Numbered from the stretch's first letter, positions 14,978-29,139 are shown. The stretch: 64,000 nt of DNA from the human T2T-CHM13v2.0 reference genome, Homo sapiens (GCF_009914755.1 NC_060942.1); one strand, 5' to 3'. The notes: a model not told the origin generated them from the letters alone. A program made the numbers and translations.

Positions 14978-15257
14978 TATTTTATTTATTTTTTTAGAGA
15001 TGAGGTCTCAACCTCTTGCTCACGGTGGAGTGCAGTGGCACAATCACAGCTCACTGCAACCTCAAACTCCTGGGTGCAATCCTCCCACCTCTGCCTCCCA
15101 AGTAGCTTGGACTACAGGTGTAAGCCACCATGCCTGGCTAATGTTTTTTATTTTTTTGTAGAAATGGGGTCGTGCTATGTTGCCCAGGCTTGTCTTGAAC
15201 TCCTGACCTCAAGTGATCCTCCTGCCTTGGCCTCTTAAAGTGCTGGGACTATAGCCA
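14978..15257 (-). mobile_element. AluJ-type SINE
   Basis: Reverse Alu flanked by agaaatatttt direct repeats. Confidence 0.9.
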
Positions 15258-16516
15258 GAAATATTTTATTTTTAAGGTGAAATCTATACAAGAAGCTCTT
15301 GTTCCCTTTTCCACATTCTTGGTATTTCCTCTTACTTCAGCCCTAGGTAAGAAAGGGAATTTGATAAATGTACTCACATTGTTATAGACTGGCACCCATT
15401 CCCTAAACAGGCAGTCATTTACATCTTGAAGTGATGTAATGAAAGTAAAGTTTAGGGATGATTAACTTGGATTGGCCAATTCAAGCAATAGATATATATT
15501 TGACTTCACATCCTTTATTTTCCTTATGGAAATAAGATGCATGCTATCAATACTTTCAACCAAATACTTTTGAGATGCTTTACTGTATAGCTTTGTTTTA
15601 ATTTTGCTACTGAATTACTTACAACCTACAAAACTTCTGGGCTTTGGGTGTGCATCTAGCATGAGCACTGTCATTTAAGAAGTAATTACAGCACTGTTGA
15701 AAGTGACAACTTTTCCTTACAAGTCAGGGAAGAAAATCAGTCTCTTCACAAACCTGAGAGCACAAAGCACCATGGTCGTCCAGGCACCAAGAATATCGAG
15801 CTTTTTTTTTTAAAGTCCCTTTATGGTTTTCATGGGCATTCGTGATCCTGTCTATGTTGAATAGGTCAGGACAGAAAAGCAGGAACATAAGAGTGAGCAG
15901 AAGGCTCCTCATACCCCGCATGGGATGAAAATGGGCTGACATCCACCCTTCAGATGCTAAGCGGGTGCTTGTACAATTTTGTGTTGCGACGTATGGAACT
16001 TTACGTTTACGTTTAAAAATGAAAAGTATGTATGATGTATTCAAACTATGTCCAAAGTGCCGGACTGTATGATTTAACACAGGGTCCATTCACTGAACCC
16101 CCGGTGGCGCCAGGCATTGTGCTCGACTCTGCAGAAGCCTGTTATCGTCTCAGTGATTAATATCGTAGGTTAGGCAACCAGGCTTCAAACGTGTACCCAC
16201 CCCTCACCAGTTGGGCAACTCTGGCCATTTATTTAATCTCATTGATGCTGTGTCCTTATCTGTTAAATGGGAATGATGCCAGTACCCGCCGTGCGTGAGG
16301 TGTGCAGTGTGAAAAGATTTTTAGAATTGCGAGTGCTAGGTAACTGTTGCTGCTGACGATTTGTGTATCTAAGAATGTCTGTGGAACTGCATGTTCCATG
16401 TGAAACTGTCTGGGATCAGGGCAGGCCCGTCTCAAGAGAGGGCACAGGGACACAAGGTATGCTTCCCCTTGCATAGCCGCCTGAAGCCATCCACAGGGGT
16501 CTGCGTCCAGGCCTAC

Positions 16517-16775
16517 CTCAGTATAGACGATGGCCATCATCCAGAACCGGCGGCTGGGCCTGGGGACGGACAACATGGCCCAGAGGAAGATGAGGATGGG
16601 AAGCAGGAGCGTGATCATGGAGGCAGAGACCATGTGGTTGAGGATGATCACGAAGTAGCACACCATCTCCGAGCGGGCCACCAGGGTATTGTACATGGCA
16701 TAGAAGAGCAGCAGAAATCGGGGCTGCCCCACGTAGAATTTCTCTGACTCTTCAAGCTCATCGTCGTGAAACATC
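16517..16775 (-). CDS. PIEZO2: PIEZO2 exon (259 nt): [86 protein letters not shown]
   Basis: aacag|GATGTT ... ACTGAG|gtaggc; phase 2 to 0. Confidence 0.97.
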
Positions 16776-16807
16776 CTGTTAAAGCAAACCACATGATAAT
16801 ATGTCTA

Positions 16808-17141
<334 letters not shown>

Positions 17142-17458
17142 TGATTTTCATTTAGCACCATCCTTCCTGCTGTGTTCCCGGCTTCCTGTTTTTCCTTCAG
17201 AGACAACCTAATATCAGACCTTATTATAGAAAGAAATGTCAACACAAGGCTCTGGGTTTTGCTGGTTCTAGAACCAGTCATGGTAGGAGCGAAGTTTGCT
17301 TTGTACTTGCAGTGCAAGAAGTCTTGGAATTGTCTGTTTGCTCTAAGTGTCCAGATGAACTTTTTTCTATATATGAATTTTTCTGTATACAGAATTAGGG
17401 CATTATGTTTAAGTGGTGATTTGGGGATATGTGTCTGATCTGTTCACTGGACCCTTAC

Positions 17459-17869
17459 TTTTTCAGCAGCAGCTCGCTGGCCGTCAGCTCATGGGTCAGG
17501 GGAGGTAAGATGCTGGACCCCAGCTTGTCGGTGCGGCTGTCGTCCGGGCTGACTGCCATACGGTTCTTGCCTGCAGAGTCGTCCTGCGAGCCGAAGGACA
17601 GATGCTCGAAGCTCACAGCCTTGCTGTAGGAGGGTGGGGCCTCCACATCCCCGTCCAAGGTGGAGAACTGTGTCAGCTCTTCCTCTGGGGTGAGGCTGGC
17701 CTCCTCGGCACCCATGGCTCCCACATCGTACCCAGTGGCCTCGTACTCCTTGGCCTCCCTGGGCTCAGGCGCCGTGCTCCCTGCCTCCTCCTCCTGCTCA
17801 GCCTCCACCTCCTCGATGGTCTCAGTGGTCCCCTGGCGTGAGTACAGCATGGTACACTGCGTGGGCTCG
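17459..17869 (-). CDS. PIEZO2: PIEZO2 exon (411 nt): EPTQCTMLYSRQGTTETIEE...PPLTHELTASELLLK, acidic disordered loop
   Basis: caacag|CGAGCC ... GAAAAA|gtaagg; phase 2-2. Confidence 0.96.
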
Positions 17870-20397
17870 CTGTTGGGAGAAAGCGTGGGCACAGAGCCCA
17901 TGTCTTAGCATCCACACTCCTGGGGTTCTTTCCCATTCCTGAGAGACCTCATCAGAACTCCTAAGGAAATGCCCCATTTTCCCCCCTGCATTCCATCTGC
18001 TTTGTTCTTTTAGGATAATCACTCCTGTTCTGCAGCCACTGCAAACAGCAGCCTCTCCAATGCAAATGTTGACAGTGCACACACACAGTTTAGAACCAGA
18101 GCCAGTCACGTGGCTCTCAAAGAGCAAAACCCACCCCCGTAACAAGTGTGGAGTATCTAGATTCACAGCCTCGGGTTCCAGAGTCTGTTGCCATATCAAC
18201 ACAGCACAGCTTACCCACTGCTCTGTCTGCTTCAAGGAGGGGCATCTCTGGAGGGCAGAAGCTCTGAAGGTTTTGACCAAGAGCTAAGTCTTAGCAAATA
18301 GGTATTCTACCCTCCATCCTACACAACAGACCCACCCAGACCATAAGGGGGGAATGGGAATGGGAATGATTAAATATTGGCTATACTGAACAACTGTGTG
18401 CTTGATAAAAAATGCCACCCTTCTTTCATGTTTATTCTTCCACCCTGCTTTTCCATCCTTTGCCTTTTTTGCATTTCTGTGCATCCCGTCTGCGGAATCT
18501 CCACCCTCGTCCCAGCTCCCTGCACTGTGCCCAGGGCTTCCCCTTCCCTGTGGGACTCCAGCCACTCTCTTCCCACGCAAGCTCTCCTTGGCCCTTCTCC
18601 CTTCCAGCTGCCCACTCCACCCCAGGGTGCGCTTCTGTTCTCTCCTACCAACAACTTTACTTACTTTCTTCTACCAGTTCCTCTTTGAGTAGTCCTTTTC
18701 CAGAAGCTTCTCTACTCTCATCCTCACTCCCTGCCTTTGGCATTCTGTTCTTTTCTCTCATATCCTTTGTCTCCTTCTTTTGTTCCTTTAAACTTTCCCT
18801 GTCACGTCCATGCAGACAAGGTTGGCCAATGACAAGAGGGCAGCCAGTGACATTCATGGCTTGCTCTACCTCAGACACATCCAGCCACGGACGGGAGAGG
18901 GGCAAAACCCACCTGGAGATTGGGAATCTGTCTTGGATGTGGGAGGGTGACATGTTAGACTCTGAAATACGTACTCTTATCTGAATGGCACGTGTGACCA
19001 CCAGGGTTCCATAAACACTGAGATTCTCAAATGCATAGACTGTACCCATGTTTCTTGTCACAGATACCAGTATAGACATATGGATGAATGAATGAATGAA
19101 TGAACCTTGGCAGAGCGGCTCACGGCATCCTGTGACTGAAGAACCAGATTGGCCTGAGCTTTTGATGCCCGCTCAGGTGTTCAGAATCCCCAGGGCTGTG
19201 TCCTTGAGTGCGCACATCATGTACGGGCTGGTGAAATGCCAGCCCAAAACAGATTTTTGCTAAGACTTACCTCAATTAGATATACTTCCTAGGAGGGCCA
19301 TGCCATTGACCCATTGCCCAGGGAACTTGCAGACTACTGGAGCCAACCCCGCACCAGGTCTCATGGCCAGTAAGACTGTCATCAGTCCTAATCATGCTCC
19401 CTTTGGTTTGGATCTCTTGTAGCACCAAGGGGTGGAGGGTACCTTCAGAGGTCAAGAAAATGGACTGGCATGGCAGGCACATGCCCGCCAGAGGACTTTG
19501 TCAAATGGCCAAGGCATTCCCATCAATGCCAGGTGTCAGCATACTGCAGGGATGCACCGAGATACACGGCTGCCAGTGAAAAGAAGATGCCCTCTGACTT
19601 GCCACCATGAGCAGTCAAAACGAAACTTGTCTTGGATTAGGCTGTTTTCGTGTCAGGAGAAACACAGTGTAGCTGCTGACTTCATTGTGCCCCCTCACCA
19701 TCCTAAGGCAATTCAAAAAGAGTTTTCGGGTTGTATGCAAATAATTTTATTTCTAAATGAATACTGTTTTAGGGTAGGATTTGGGAGAACTTAAGCCACA
19801 GTATATTTTCCCCAAAATAAAAGTTATAGGCTACAAAGATGATGCATTCTGCTGCATAATATTCTTTTTAAAAACCAATGGTAAACTATATTCTGACTTT
19901 TATGTCAATTAGGCAGATAACATGCAGACTTATTTAATATTCACTAAAAATGACTACCTATGATAGATTTTTAGATTTTTTTCCTACTGCATGCATCTTT
20001 TGATTACATCAAGAGAAGAAGTTTTCTACCTTTGCAAACAGAGTTCCCCCTTTGAGTAGTGCCCTCAGAAGCTCTAAATTATGGAGGAAACATGCTTATG
20101 TCTCTGAAAATGGAAAGTTTGAAATACTGAAAACATGGAGGAGAATGTTTGTGATAAGGATTTTTAAAGAAACTCCTAACAGACAAAAACTAAAGAGCGG
20201 TTAGTTTAATATAATGCTGTCCTGAGAACAATTACATCTCACAGAGGGCAGTGGTGATTATGCTTCGGTTAGTCATGCAGATTCTTAAAATAAAAATGAA
20301 ATAAAAACATACATCACAAGAACTTATATTTGCAGTGACATAAAGGGGGGGAAGAGGTGATTAAAATGACAGAACAAAGCATGCACAAGTTAAGCAC

Positions 20398-20562
20398 CTT
20401 GATGCTAAACTGCCACTGTCAGCTGATGAGGAGGACATATCCATGCTGAGCATTTTACGGAGCCTAGGCCGAGCACGCTCGCTTGTTTTAGGAATTTCTT
20501 GTCCATCTAAATCATCAAGGGTGGACTGCCTTGAGAACAGCATGGTTGCTTCAGTGTAGCAG
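20398..20562 (-). CDS. PIEZO2: PIEZO2 alternative cassette exon (165 nt): CYTEATMLFSRQSTLDDLDGQEIPKTSERARPRLRKMLSMDMSSSSADSGSLAS
   Basis: gctag|CTGCTAC ... TCAAG|gtgctt; phase 2-2, frame-preserving, weak donor. Confidence 0.88.
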
Positions 20563-23500
20563 CTAGCAGCGCAAACAGTTACAGAAACACAGTGTTAAAA
20601 CACCAAGTTGTACACAGGTTACACACGGATCAACTGACCAACACACTGCCATGCAGCAAACCACACATGACACCAACACCACCGACAAGGAAGGCCACCG
20701 CAGCGGGGCTCAGGGATGGGGATGGACCTGTGTGCAGGACCTTGAAACACACGAGTACTGGATTTTAAAAAACATATTGGCTAGTGACACATTACAAAAT
20801 GGCACTCTCTGGGTGGGACTAAGAAACAGAAAAATGACAAGTCCCAATATTTTTCTCACAATGTATAATTTATGTAATTATAACTTCGTAACAGAGGGTT
20901 TCTTTTAAATGAAAGAAAATATGCTTTATTTGGAGCTTGCAGTCCTGAGTTAAGAGCATTTATTAACCAACTTGCTTGAACAGAAATAACTGCTCATGTA
21001 GAATTTACATAAAATATTTCAATCTTTTTTTTCTTTTTAACACGGTCTTCAGAATTAGAGAGGGGAAACTCAGGAATGACAACAAACTGAATTTTGCACC
21101 CCATTTTTGGAGTGATATTCAGTTAAGCCAAATGAGATGCTCTGCATGTAGTCGGGATGCTGGTTTAATATGCAGTGGATATAAACCAACATCAGAAATA
21201 AAATAAAAGGCTGTAAAGGAAAGAACAAAGGAACTTGAGCAATGGCAGAGTCATTTTGTCTGTTAACTTTTCATTTTGCCTAATTTTTCTTCTGGATCAT
21301 GTTTTAGGGCTTGTTGGATGCCATGATGAAGAGAACCCACTGCCTAAAGCCCTCATCTCCTGGTACCCAAAGGAGCAGTGACTGGCGAGGGAAGATGGCA
21401 GATCCAGGCCTAGGATGCTGCTGGGTGAGGATGCTCATGAGAGGAGGCACACAGAGGTGTGACACACGCATAGTTTCAGTTCCCACACATGGCTCAACCC
21501 CAAAGAGGGACAGACAGCCCAAAGATCCTCTACAGAAAGCAACTGGAATACTTATCTTCCAACTTGTGTGCTCATGGGCTGGCTGACCCAGGGAACAGAA
21601 ACAGATCTTTAGAGATATAGGTTGCCTGATTTCCAGGCTGAACGTGGTAGGCTGAACTCTGTCATCAAGTGAACTCACTAGGAGAGTACTAGGTGCCTGG
21701 CCTGCACAGCCATACACTGTTGGCCAAGGATCCTGAGGCAGAGATGGAAGACTTTCAGGATGCAATGACCACTGCAAGCCTGGGAGGAGCGAATTTGAGT
21801 TATTCACTCATGGAACCTGTTAAAAGAGTTTTTCAGGTCCCATGTGCTGGAGCACAAGCCATAACTGCTCCAGTGGGGCCGGCCATGCTGCTGTGCATGT
21901 TACAGCTATGTGACCAAGACAGGGGCAGCCAGTGAGGGCGATAAGCCTGTGAGCAACCAAAATACTCTCTAATAAGGACATTGAGGCTGTTTTGTTTTGT
22001 TTTGCCCTAACTCTTTTAGATGTCACAATGTCACCATGGCCTGGACAAAATGAGGAGACAATGACAAGATAAATTAGAAAAGCATTGGACGAACACAGTG
22101 AGGACTGGGATGCTGACATTAACTGGCTGTTGGGTTTTAGATGAATCAGTGCCCCTTTCTGGGGCCCCAATTTTATGTTTCTGAGATGAGGGGACTTCGC
22201 ATTTCTGTATTTCATTTAATATTTGCAGAGATGCAACCCCATAGCCTGTGCAGTCTCCTGCAGCTTTGCTCAGGTTTTCTTCATGGGAACCGATGGTTCT
22301 AATTCAAAAGCCCTGTTTATCTTGTTAACTCTTGGATGGAGTTCTCAGAACCCACATAATCCCACACAGTTGGGTTCCCGGTAGGGCAACTAATACATCA
22401 CACAATCCAGGACAGTTTAAAAGTGAATAGGAAGGGGAGGAAATGTATAAAAATAGGCCCCGACAGTAGGCCCAAGGGGACGGCTGCCATCACCTGCCTG
22501 ACGGGCCCCCCCACTGCCAGCACCACAGGAACACACAGCAACCCCTCAGAGGACATATTTAAAATATTAACCACCTCCTACCTGGGAATGCCCCTCAGAA
22601 TGTTAATTAATGTTTTCTGTGTTATCTGATTATATAAAGCAACCATTAAAAAATTTTTGCCATTTTACATCTGGATTTGAAAGAAACCGTGACTATTCTC
22701 GTAAGTCAAAGGGACTACAAATCCACTTGTTAGGATCCCACCCAGACTCTGTCTACTGTCTGCTTAAAGGTAAAATTCATGCCACTGGCCTCGGAGCAGG
22801 GGCCATGAAGGGCACTGGCCACACTGGGTGAGCATGACCTCACTGGGGAGTGGCAGCCTCCTGGCCACCAGACCCTTCCCAATGACTTCCACTGCAGAAC
22901 CTCTTCTAGGGAGGGTTACTACCTTTCCAGCAATCAGCATGGCTCCCTGGAGACTACAGTGTAGACAAATGATGATTTGGAAATTAGAAATACAGCTCAC
23001 TGCAGAAAAGGGCAAGTGAGGTAACTCCTTTACTGGCAACAAGATAGGCCCTATTCTGTCTCCCCTTTCTTTAGGTTGAAAAACAAAATAAAAATACATT
23101 AAAACCTAATTCTAAAGGTGCTGGTTTCCTACTAGTTATTGTATTTACTGACTGACCATTTTAAAACTGGGGGGATATTTTGACAGTCTTTGTCAAAAAG
23201 CAATCGATGAATTTAAATATCTCTTAACTCACAATTTTTTATCATGAGTGTGGTTTCCTATTTGCAATCTTAGGTCAGATTTAAAGGCAGTTACTTGAGT
23301 TTATTTTAACCAGTTGTTTTTCCTCCTTAATTGTGATTTATAATATTTAATTTCTTCATGGGGCATACTGTTCATTGTTATGTAGTTAAAAGTCATAAAG
23401 ATGGGATTCACCTATGTTTATTTTATGAAAAATTTATTTTCAATTCACCTTTGAATATTCTCTGAGGCCACTGATTCAGAGTTTGGTTCTAGAGCATCTT

Positions 23501-26119
23501 TTTTCAAGCCAGGCTCATGTGTGATACTCAGGAGGCCTATAAAACCCTTGAGATTGTATGAAAAAAATTGTATCTTTGTATGATTTTTCCCTGTGGGAGA
23601 CTATATGGCTTCATGAAATTTCAAAAGAGGTTCATTAAAAAATGTCACCAATTACTGTTAATGTCATCACAAATTAATGAAGAAAGGCAATTCTATTCAT
23701 TACCCATTTCGCTTGCCACACTTGGGGATTCAGGTAACAAAAAAAAATCTCTGTATTACAAAATGAAGCAAGAAGGGAGGTTAAAAAAAGGCATTTGAAA
23801 AATTTTACAAATCACATGATGGGGCAGCATATTTTCTCGAAGAAAGATGCAAAGGTGCAATATTCAAACTCAATACTACGCATGTACGTGATCGTATTCT
23901 TCACCGCGCAGGAGGAAACGATTCCAGTTGAATATGATCATGACTTTTGGTTAAGTTCACTAGAGCTGTCTGAGCCTTTTATTTTAGAATTTAAAAGTAA
24001 TAAAGACATAGTTTGGATCCGACCCAGTCCATATTGGATATATACAGAGCAGTACAGTCCAAAGCTGAGAGCAGTGGGATGCGTGTGAATGTTACACAAA
24101 AATAAATGAACAAACAAATAAAAGAAACATCATTTGGGACATTTACGTGTAGAGAATCTCAGCATTTCTTTCATCCTATCATTCTCTTGGTTTTTGAAAA
24201 AGGGTTGTTTGATCATGAATAGTTCCTACAGCGGGTAGATTTAGAAATGTTTAGATTCCCCAATATCCCTTCGTTCACCCTGTAACTAGGAAGCAGCACC
24301 AGTCAGCATCTCGAGTGCTCACCACATTCAGACAAGTCTTGGCTCCCCACCCACCCTGCTGCACAAACCTGCAGGCTTTCACAGACTTGCCCATGCAGGG
24401 TCCCTCTAGGATTAAGGGAGGACCTAGCTGGACTACTTAAGAGCTTAGGTAACATGGAGCTAGACACGGATTTTAAGTTTTAGCGTTAAAATGAATTAAG
24501 TATATTGAATTAAATTAAAGAGAGAATGATTCAGTTTAAATACAATGATCAATAGATAGGGAGACGATTGTTGCAATAAGAATGAATTTAATACATCTGG
24601 AAGCTTCTAAATAGAACAGTTATAATAGCTTTCAAAAAGTAAAAATAAAATTCAAAATAAAGAATGACTTTTTGTCTGAATGGAATCTGTCAAAGAAGAA
24701 GACAGAAGCTCCCCTTTCAAAATGTTGATTGTGGGAGGTTTTCAGGAAGACACAGTGACGCTCTGGTAACACTCACCAGTGGAAGGATATGATATTAAAT
24801 GTTCTCTTTGTAACTTTGATATTACTAATGGTTTCAGAAATTAATAATTGAGAAATGTGCATATTCTTGGGTAGAAAGACACTGAAAAAGAAAGTTTTAT
24901 GATGACACAGTTTTCCAATAATCAGTCATTTTATTCTATGAATTAAAACTTTAAACCAAATCTCAATTAGGAAATACATGTTTGACCTTGAAATCATAAC
25001 GAGTTTCTGTCCTAAATGTTTCTTCTTTCCATAAAAATATACAATAATAGATGAAATATCTGTGTCTTTGGAACTCATAAATAAGCAAAGATTATTAACC
25101 AATTAAAAGAAAAATATAGTCTCTTTTATTATCCCTCAAAAGACTTTAAAAGAATCAATACCTATTTTAGGGGAGCAGGCAGGGATACACCCATGCACAG
25201 TGTTATCTGCACGAATATTACTTCTAAATCAATCTAGGCATGAATATATATATTTTAAATTAGGCTTAGCATACATCTTATTTTAAAACTTGGATTTTTA
25301 CTAAATATATGTATATATTTTACTGTGTATATATATCACAAAGATCTTTTCATACCAATAAATATGGATCTGCCTCAATAATAATTATTGGGTAGCAAAA
25401 TAATTGGCATAATTAGAGAGGCTCAAATACAGGAATGCAGCAACAGTTAATTAGCACTTTAGGGCAAAACTTTTTGGTTTTTTTTTTACCCACATTCCTC
25501 ACTCAGTTTGTAATTCCAACATCCAGTTGTCTATTTTGGGTTTGATATCAATAAAATGGTCTCAGCTCCGTCTCCTATTTCATCTGGAAATATATCCAGC
25601 ATTTGTGAAGGACAAATACTTTTCCAGGTCATTAGTGCCTCGCTCTAAAGTGTGACTCTAAAGCCATCCAGGAGTTTCTGACCAGCAGTCAGAGACACCA
25701 GTCTCTACTGTCCTCCCCAGGGCAAGCATTTTAGGAGGGAATGGCCTTATCTCAGTTCTTCCTAGGCTCAAACCATTTAGGGGATTACTCTTATCTTTAT
25801 ATGCCTCTCCCAGAATAGAGCCCAGGGCTTGGCACAGAATAGCTGATACTCAACATGTTTAATGAAAAACATAAAACATGAATGTTCTCAGTGATACAAT
25901 TCTTTACCCATGAAGGTGGCTATAAGGTGTAATTCATTTGGTCTAGCGCTTCACCCTAACAAGGCGATTTTTCCTCCTAAGACAGGGACTTCTGCTTTAA
26001 TTTAGAATCTAGCTCTGTACAATTGTTATCAGCTATCTAGAACACTGTGATGCAAAGAATTCTGAGGCTTTTCTGGGACAGGCAGTAAGTTGGTCTGCGG
26101 TGCAGGAAGAGGCAATGAG

Positions 26120-26400
26120 AGACAGCATACTAGGGTGGTTGAGAGCTTGGGTTCTGAGCTAAACCACATGATTTTGGATTGCGGGTCCGCTTTTATATAC
26201 ATCCTAGCTGTGTGACTTTGGGTATGTTTCTTAATCTCCCTGTAACCGAATTCTGTCTTTGCAAAACAGGGATAATAATAGCATGCATCTCGTAGGGTCT
26301 TAGAGGATAAAATGAGGTAACCCAGGTACAGTGCTTAGTGCTGGCCCCTGGCGAACCCATTAGTACTGTGTCATCTGACAATCCTGTTGTGAAACAATGC
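26120..26400 (+). mobile_element. MIR SINE
   Basis: MIR core motifs (tagctgtgtgactttgggtatgtttcttaatctc...cagtgcttagtgctggc). Confidence 0.7.
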
Positions 26401-26886
26401 ATACAATAGTAAACTCAGAGAAGATGGAAGCTAACAGAATACTTTTTGGGAATTTTTATCATAAAACTTAAGGTAACAATTCTGAAGGGAAAGATCAAGG
26501 ATAGCAACAGAAGTAGAAGACCCTAATGTAGAAGACACTGTGGATCGGCTATCTTGAAAGGCACTAAAGATGTCCCACAAATAATAACTTTGGGGTTGGG
26601 AGGGATCATTCTTCCTTGCCTCCAGCCTGGAAATCTCTATACTGTGCCTTTGGGTCACACAGGTATAGCTAATAGTGTCTTATTGATATCTGCTTTTATT
26701 TGGTTCCTTCTAGGTGAGGACAATGTTCCTTATAGTTTGTTGTACAGATGGCGACAGCTGGAAGAGGGTGGGGGTCCATGCATGGTTTTGATGAACTTTC
26801 ACCTCACACATTCATTTCTTATATTTGATGACATCCACCTCATTTACCTTTGTCAAAAGTAAACCCATTGTTAGAAAGTGAAATAC

Positions 26887-27053
26887 CTGGAGATACTGTC
26901 ATGTGAATCTAAACTATCCATCCTGTGGGCTGTCTGTGCACCTGAAGCAGCTCCGGGATGCTCGTCAATGGTGTCCAGTCCCGACTCTCTGGAAAGGTTC
27001 ATGATGTGGTTCTGATAGTACATGTGGATGCTCTCCCGAGTTGGAACATTGCC
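26887..27053 (-). CDS. PIEZO2: PIEZO2 exon (167 nt): GNVPTRESIHMYYQNHIMNLSRESGLDTIDEHPGAASGAQTAHRMDSLDSHDSIS
   Basis: cctcag|GGCAAT ... CTCCAG|gtattt; phase 0 to 2. Confidence 0.96.
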
Positions 27054-27772
27054 CTGAGGAGAATGAGACATTGCCACAGTTCTTATGGAGGCATCTACCT
27101 GTATAGCCACCTGGCATTTCTCAACACAGACAGCTTTTCATACCCATGCATGCCTGGATAAGGATTAGGACCATGCTAGGCAAGTGGGGATTGATGTCGA
27201 CTCATTTCATAAGTGGTTTCCAACATTACTAGGTAGATCTAAGTAAATGTCTTCTTATAGGTAGATAATTTTGCCAAATCATAGTAACCTTTCAAGATAT
27301 GAACTATTATTTTAAAATACAGTCTTTAAACCATATATTTTGTTATTCTGCGTATGTCCTACTTTTTATTATAAAAAAGTTTTAGATCAAACTTTCCAGA
27401 CTTCAGTGATCAGGTGGGAGAAAACAAACACCACTTTCTACACTTTCTAGACTAAAACTATAATTCTCTATTAGATATAGGGATATAGAACAAGGCAAAG
27501 TCTGTACACCTGCAAACTGTGGTGAGGGGAGGGATAGGATGAATAAAGTTGCCATTCTGTGACGTGTGTGTGTGTAGGTGCATGTGCATGACATTTAATT
27601 ATTTTAATTCTTAGTGTGGAATAGATTTAAATATACAGAAAAGCAAAGGGGTTATGCCACAACTGCCTGGAAAGAAAGGGCTTTGTCTTATCCTACCTGG
27701 AGTTTTGGACATTGACTTTTAATGTCTTCTTAATGTGGGAAGGAGCAAAAAGAATTACACCAGCAGTGTTAC

Positions 27773-27939
27773 CTTCTTAATTTCTCTGGTCAGCATGCAT
27801 CGTTCAATTCTCAGAACTGTAGATATATCAATATGCTCCCTTGAAATGGAGTTAAGCCAAGTAGTGAAACTGTCCACTGTTGCCAGAAATAGGACCCAGG
27901 TAAATTTCAAAATATTAAATATCCTCTTGATGATATTAT
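27773..27939 (-). CDS. PIEZO2: PIEZO2 exon (167 nt): DNIIKRIFNILKFTWVLFLATVDSFTTWLNSISREHIDISTVLRIERCMLTREIKK
   Basis: cctag|ATAATA ... AAGAAG|gtaaca; phase 1 to 0. Confidence 0.96.
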
Positions 27940-28205
27940 CTAGGAGGAAGAAAGGCAACAAGATGTTAAAGGAACAAAATACCATTGATTTTACTTTTGT
28001 GTAGCCCAGCGATGTTTTACCAAAGCTGGACCTGGCTCTTGGCCCGTGCATCTAATAAGGCATGTGACTCAGATACTCATGACGCACGGAGGAGAGCTGC
28101 CATGCAGGAAGCTTTTGTGGGGCTTTGCACACACGCAGTGGCAGACCAAATCAGGATAGAACTTGTAATCTTTAGTGGAAACAGAAAGCAGGGCGGCTCC
28201 CTGTG

Positions 28206-28520
28206 CAGCTGACCCTTGAACATGGGTTTGGACAGCGTGGATCCACTCTACGCGTGGATTGTTTTCAGTAAAAGTTACTCCAAATGTGCCTGCCTCTTCT
28301 GTTTCCCCTTCCACCTTCTCTCCTCCACCTCTGCTGCCTCTGCCACCCCTAATACAGAAAAACCAACCCCTCTTCTTCCTCCTCCTCCTCAACCCACTCA
28401 AGGGAAGGACGATGAGGATGAGAGCTTTATGATGGTCCACTTCCATTTACTGAATAGGAACTATATTTTCTTTCTGATTTTCTTCATGACATTTTCTCTA
28501 GCTTCCTTATATAATATGTG
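28206..28520 (+). mobile_element. Tigger2-like (TcMar) DNA transposon fragment
   Basis: Starts with a TIR-like cagctgacccttgaac...; internal gatgaggatga...ccacttcca motif. Confidence 0.7.
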
Positions 28521-29139
28521 TATATAGTGACATCTGATGTTCTGTGTGACAATTTCCCACCTGTGCTGTCACTACCCTGGTGACACCCAAACCTCAAAAC
28601 CATGTCACACCTAACAGTCTTCCATGAGGTACATTTAAGAAGCAAGGAAAAGAGCGGGTATCTTTTGCTGAGCAAGGAGGCACAGGAAGAGAACGGCCGC
28701 TGCTTGAAGCTGAATGAAGTGAGTCGCTGTGGCCGCTGAACAGGAGATGCCACGAGCACCTATGTTTCCCTCTCCGCCCCTCCTCACATCCTTTATAAAA
28801 TCTCAAGCAAGGTATGTATTTCTCACAATCATTCAGATAGAGCCTCTAGCTGCTCTGTGTAGACATAAAGGGGAAGCTTGGCTCTGGAGGATGAAAGGCT
28901 TGGAGTTACACCCATCAATGAACTTTAGGAGCTCCTTATATTTTCGACATGTATTTTCTCATACCCACAATTGTTTTCTTAGAAATGATGAAGGTGAACA
29001 TTATTACGGCGTGGTTTTGCTACAGTGGGCCTGATTGTAAGGCTGCAGCCACCGCACTGGAGACGTGAATCACAGGCGCTTTGTGAACCTGGGTGACGAC
29101 TCACCAACAGGGAAAGTGAGGACTCGACTTTAACCACAG

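Noticed and set aside
18284-19079. Cluster of 90-190 aa ORFs
   Set aside because: CT-rich low-complexity intronic sequence with no recognisable protein or splice structure.
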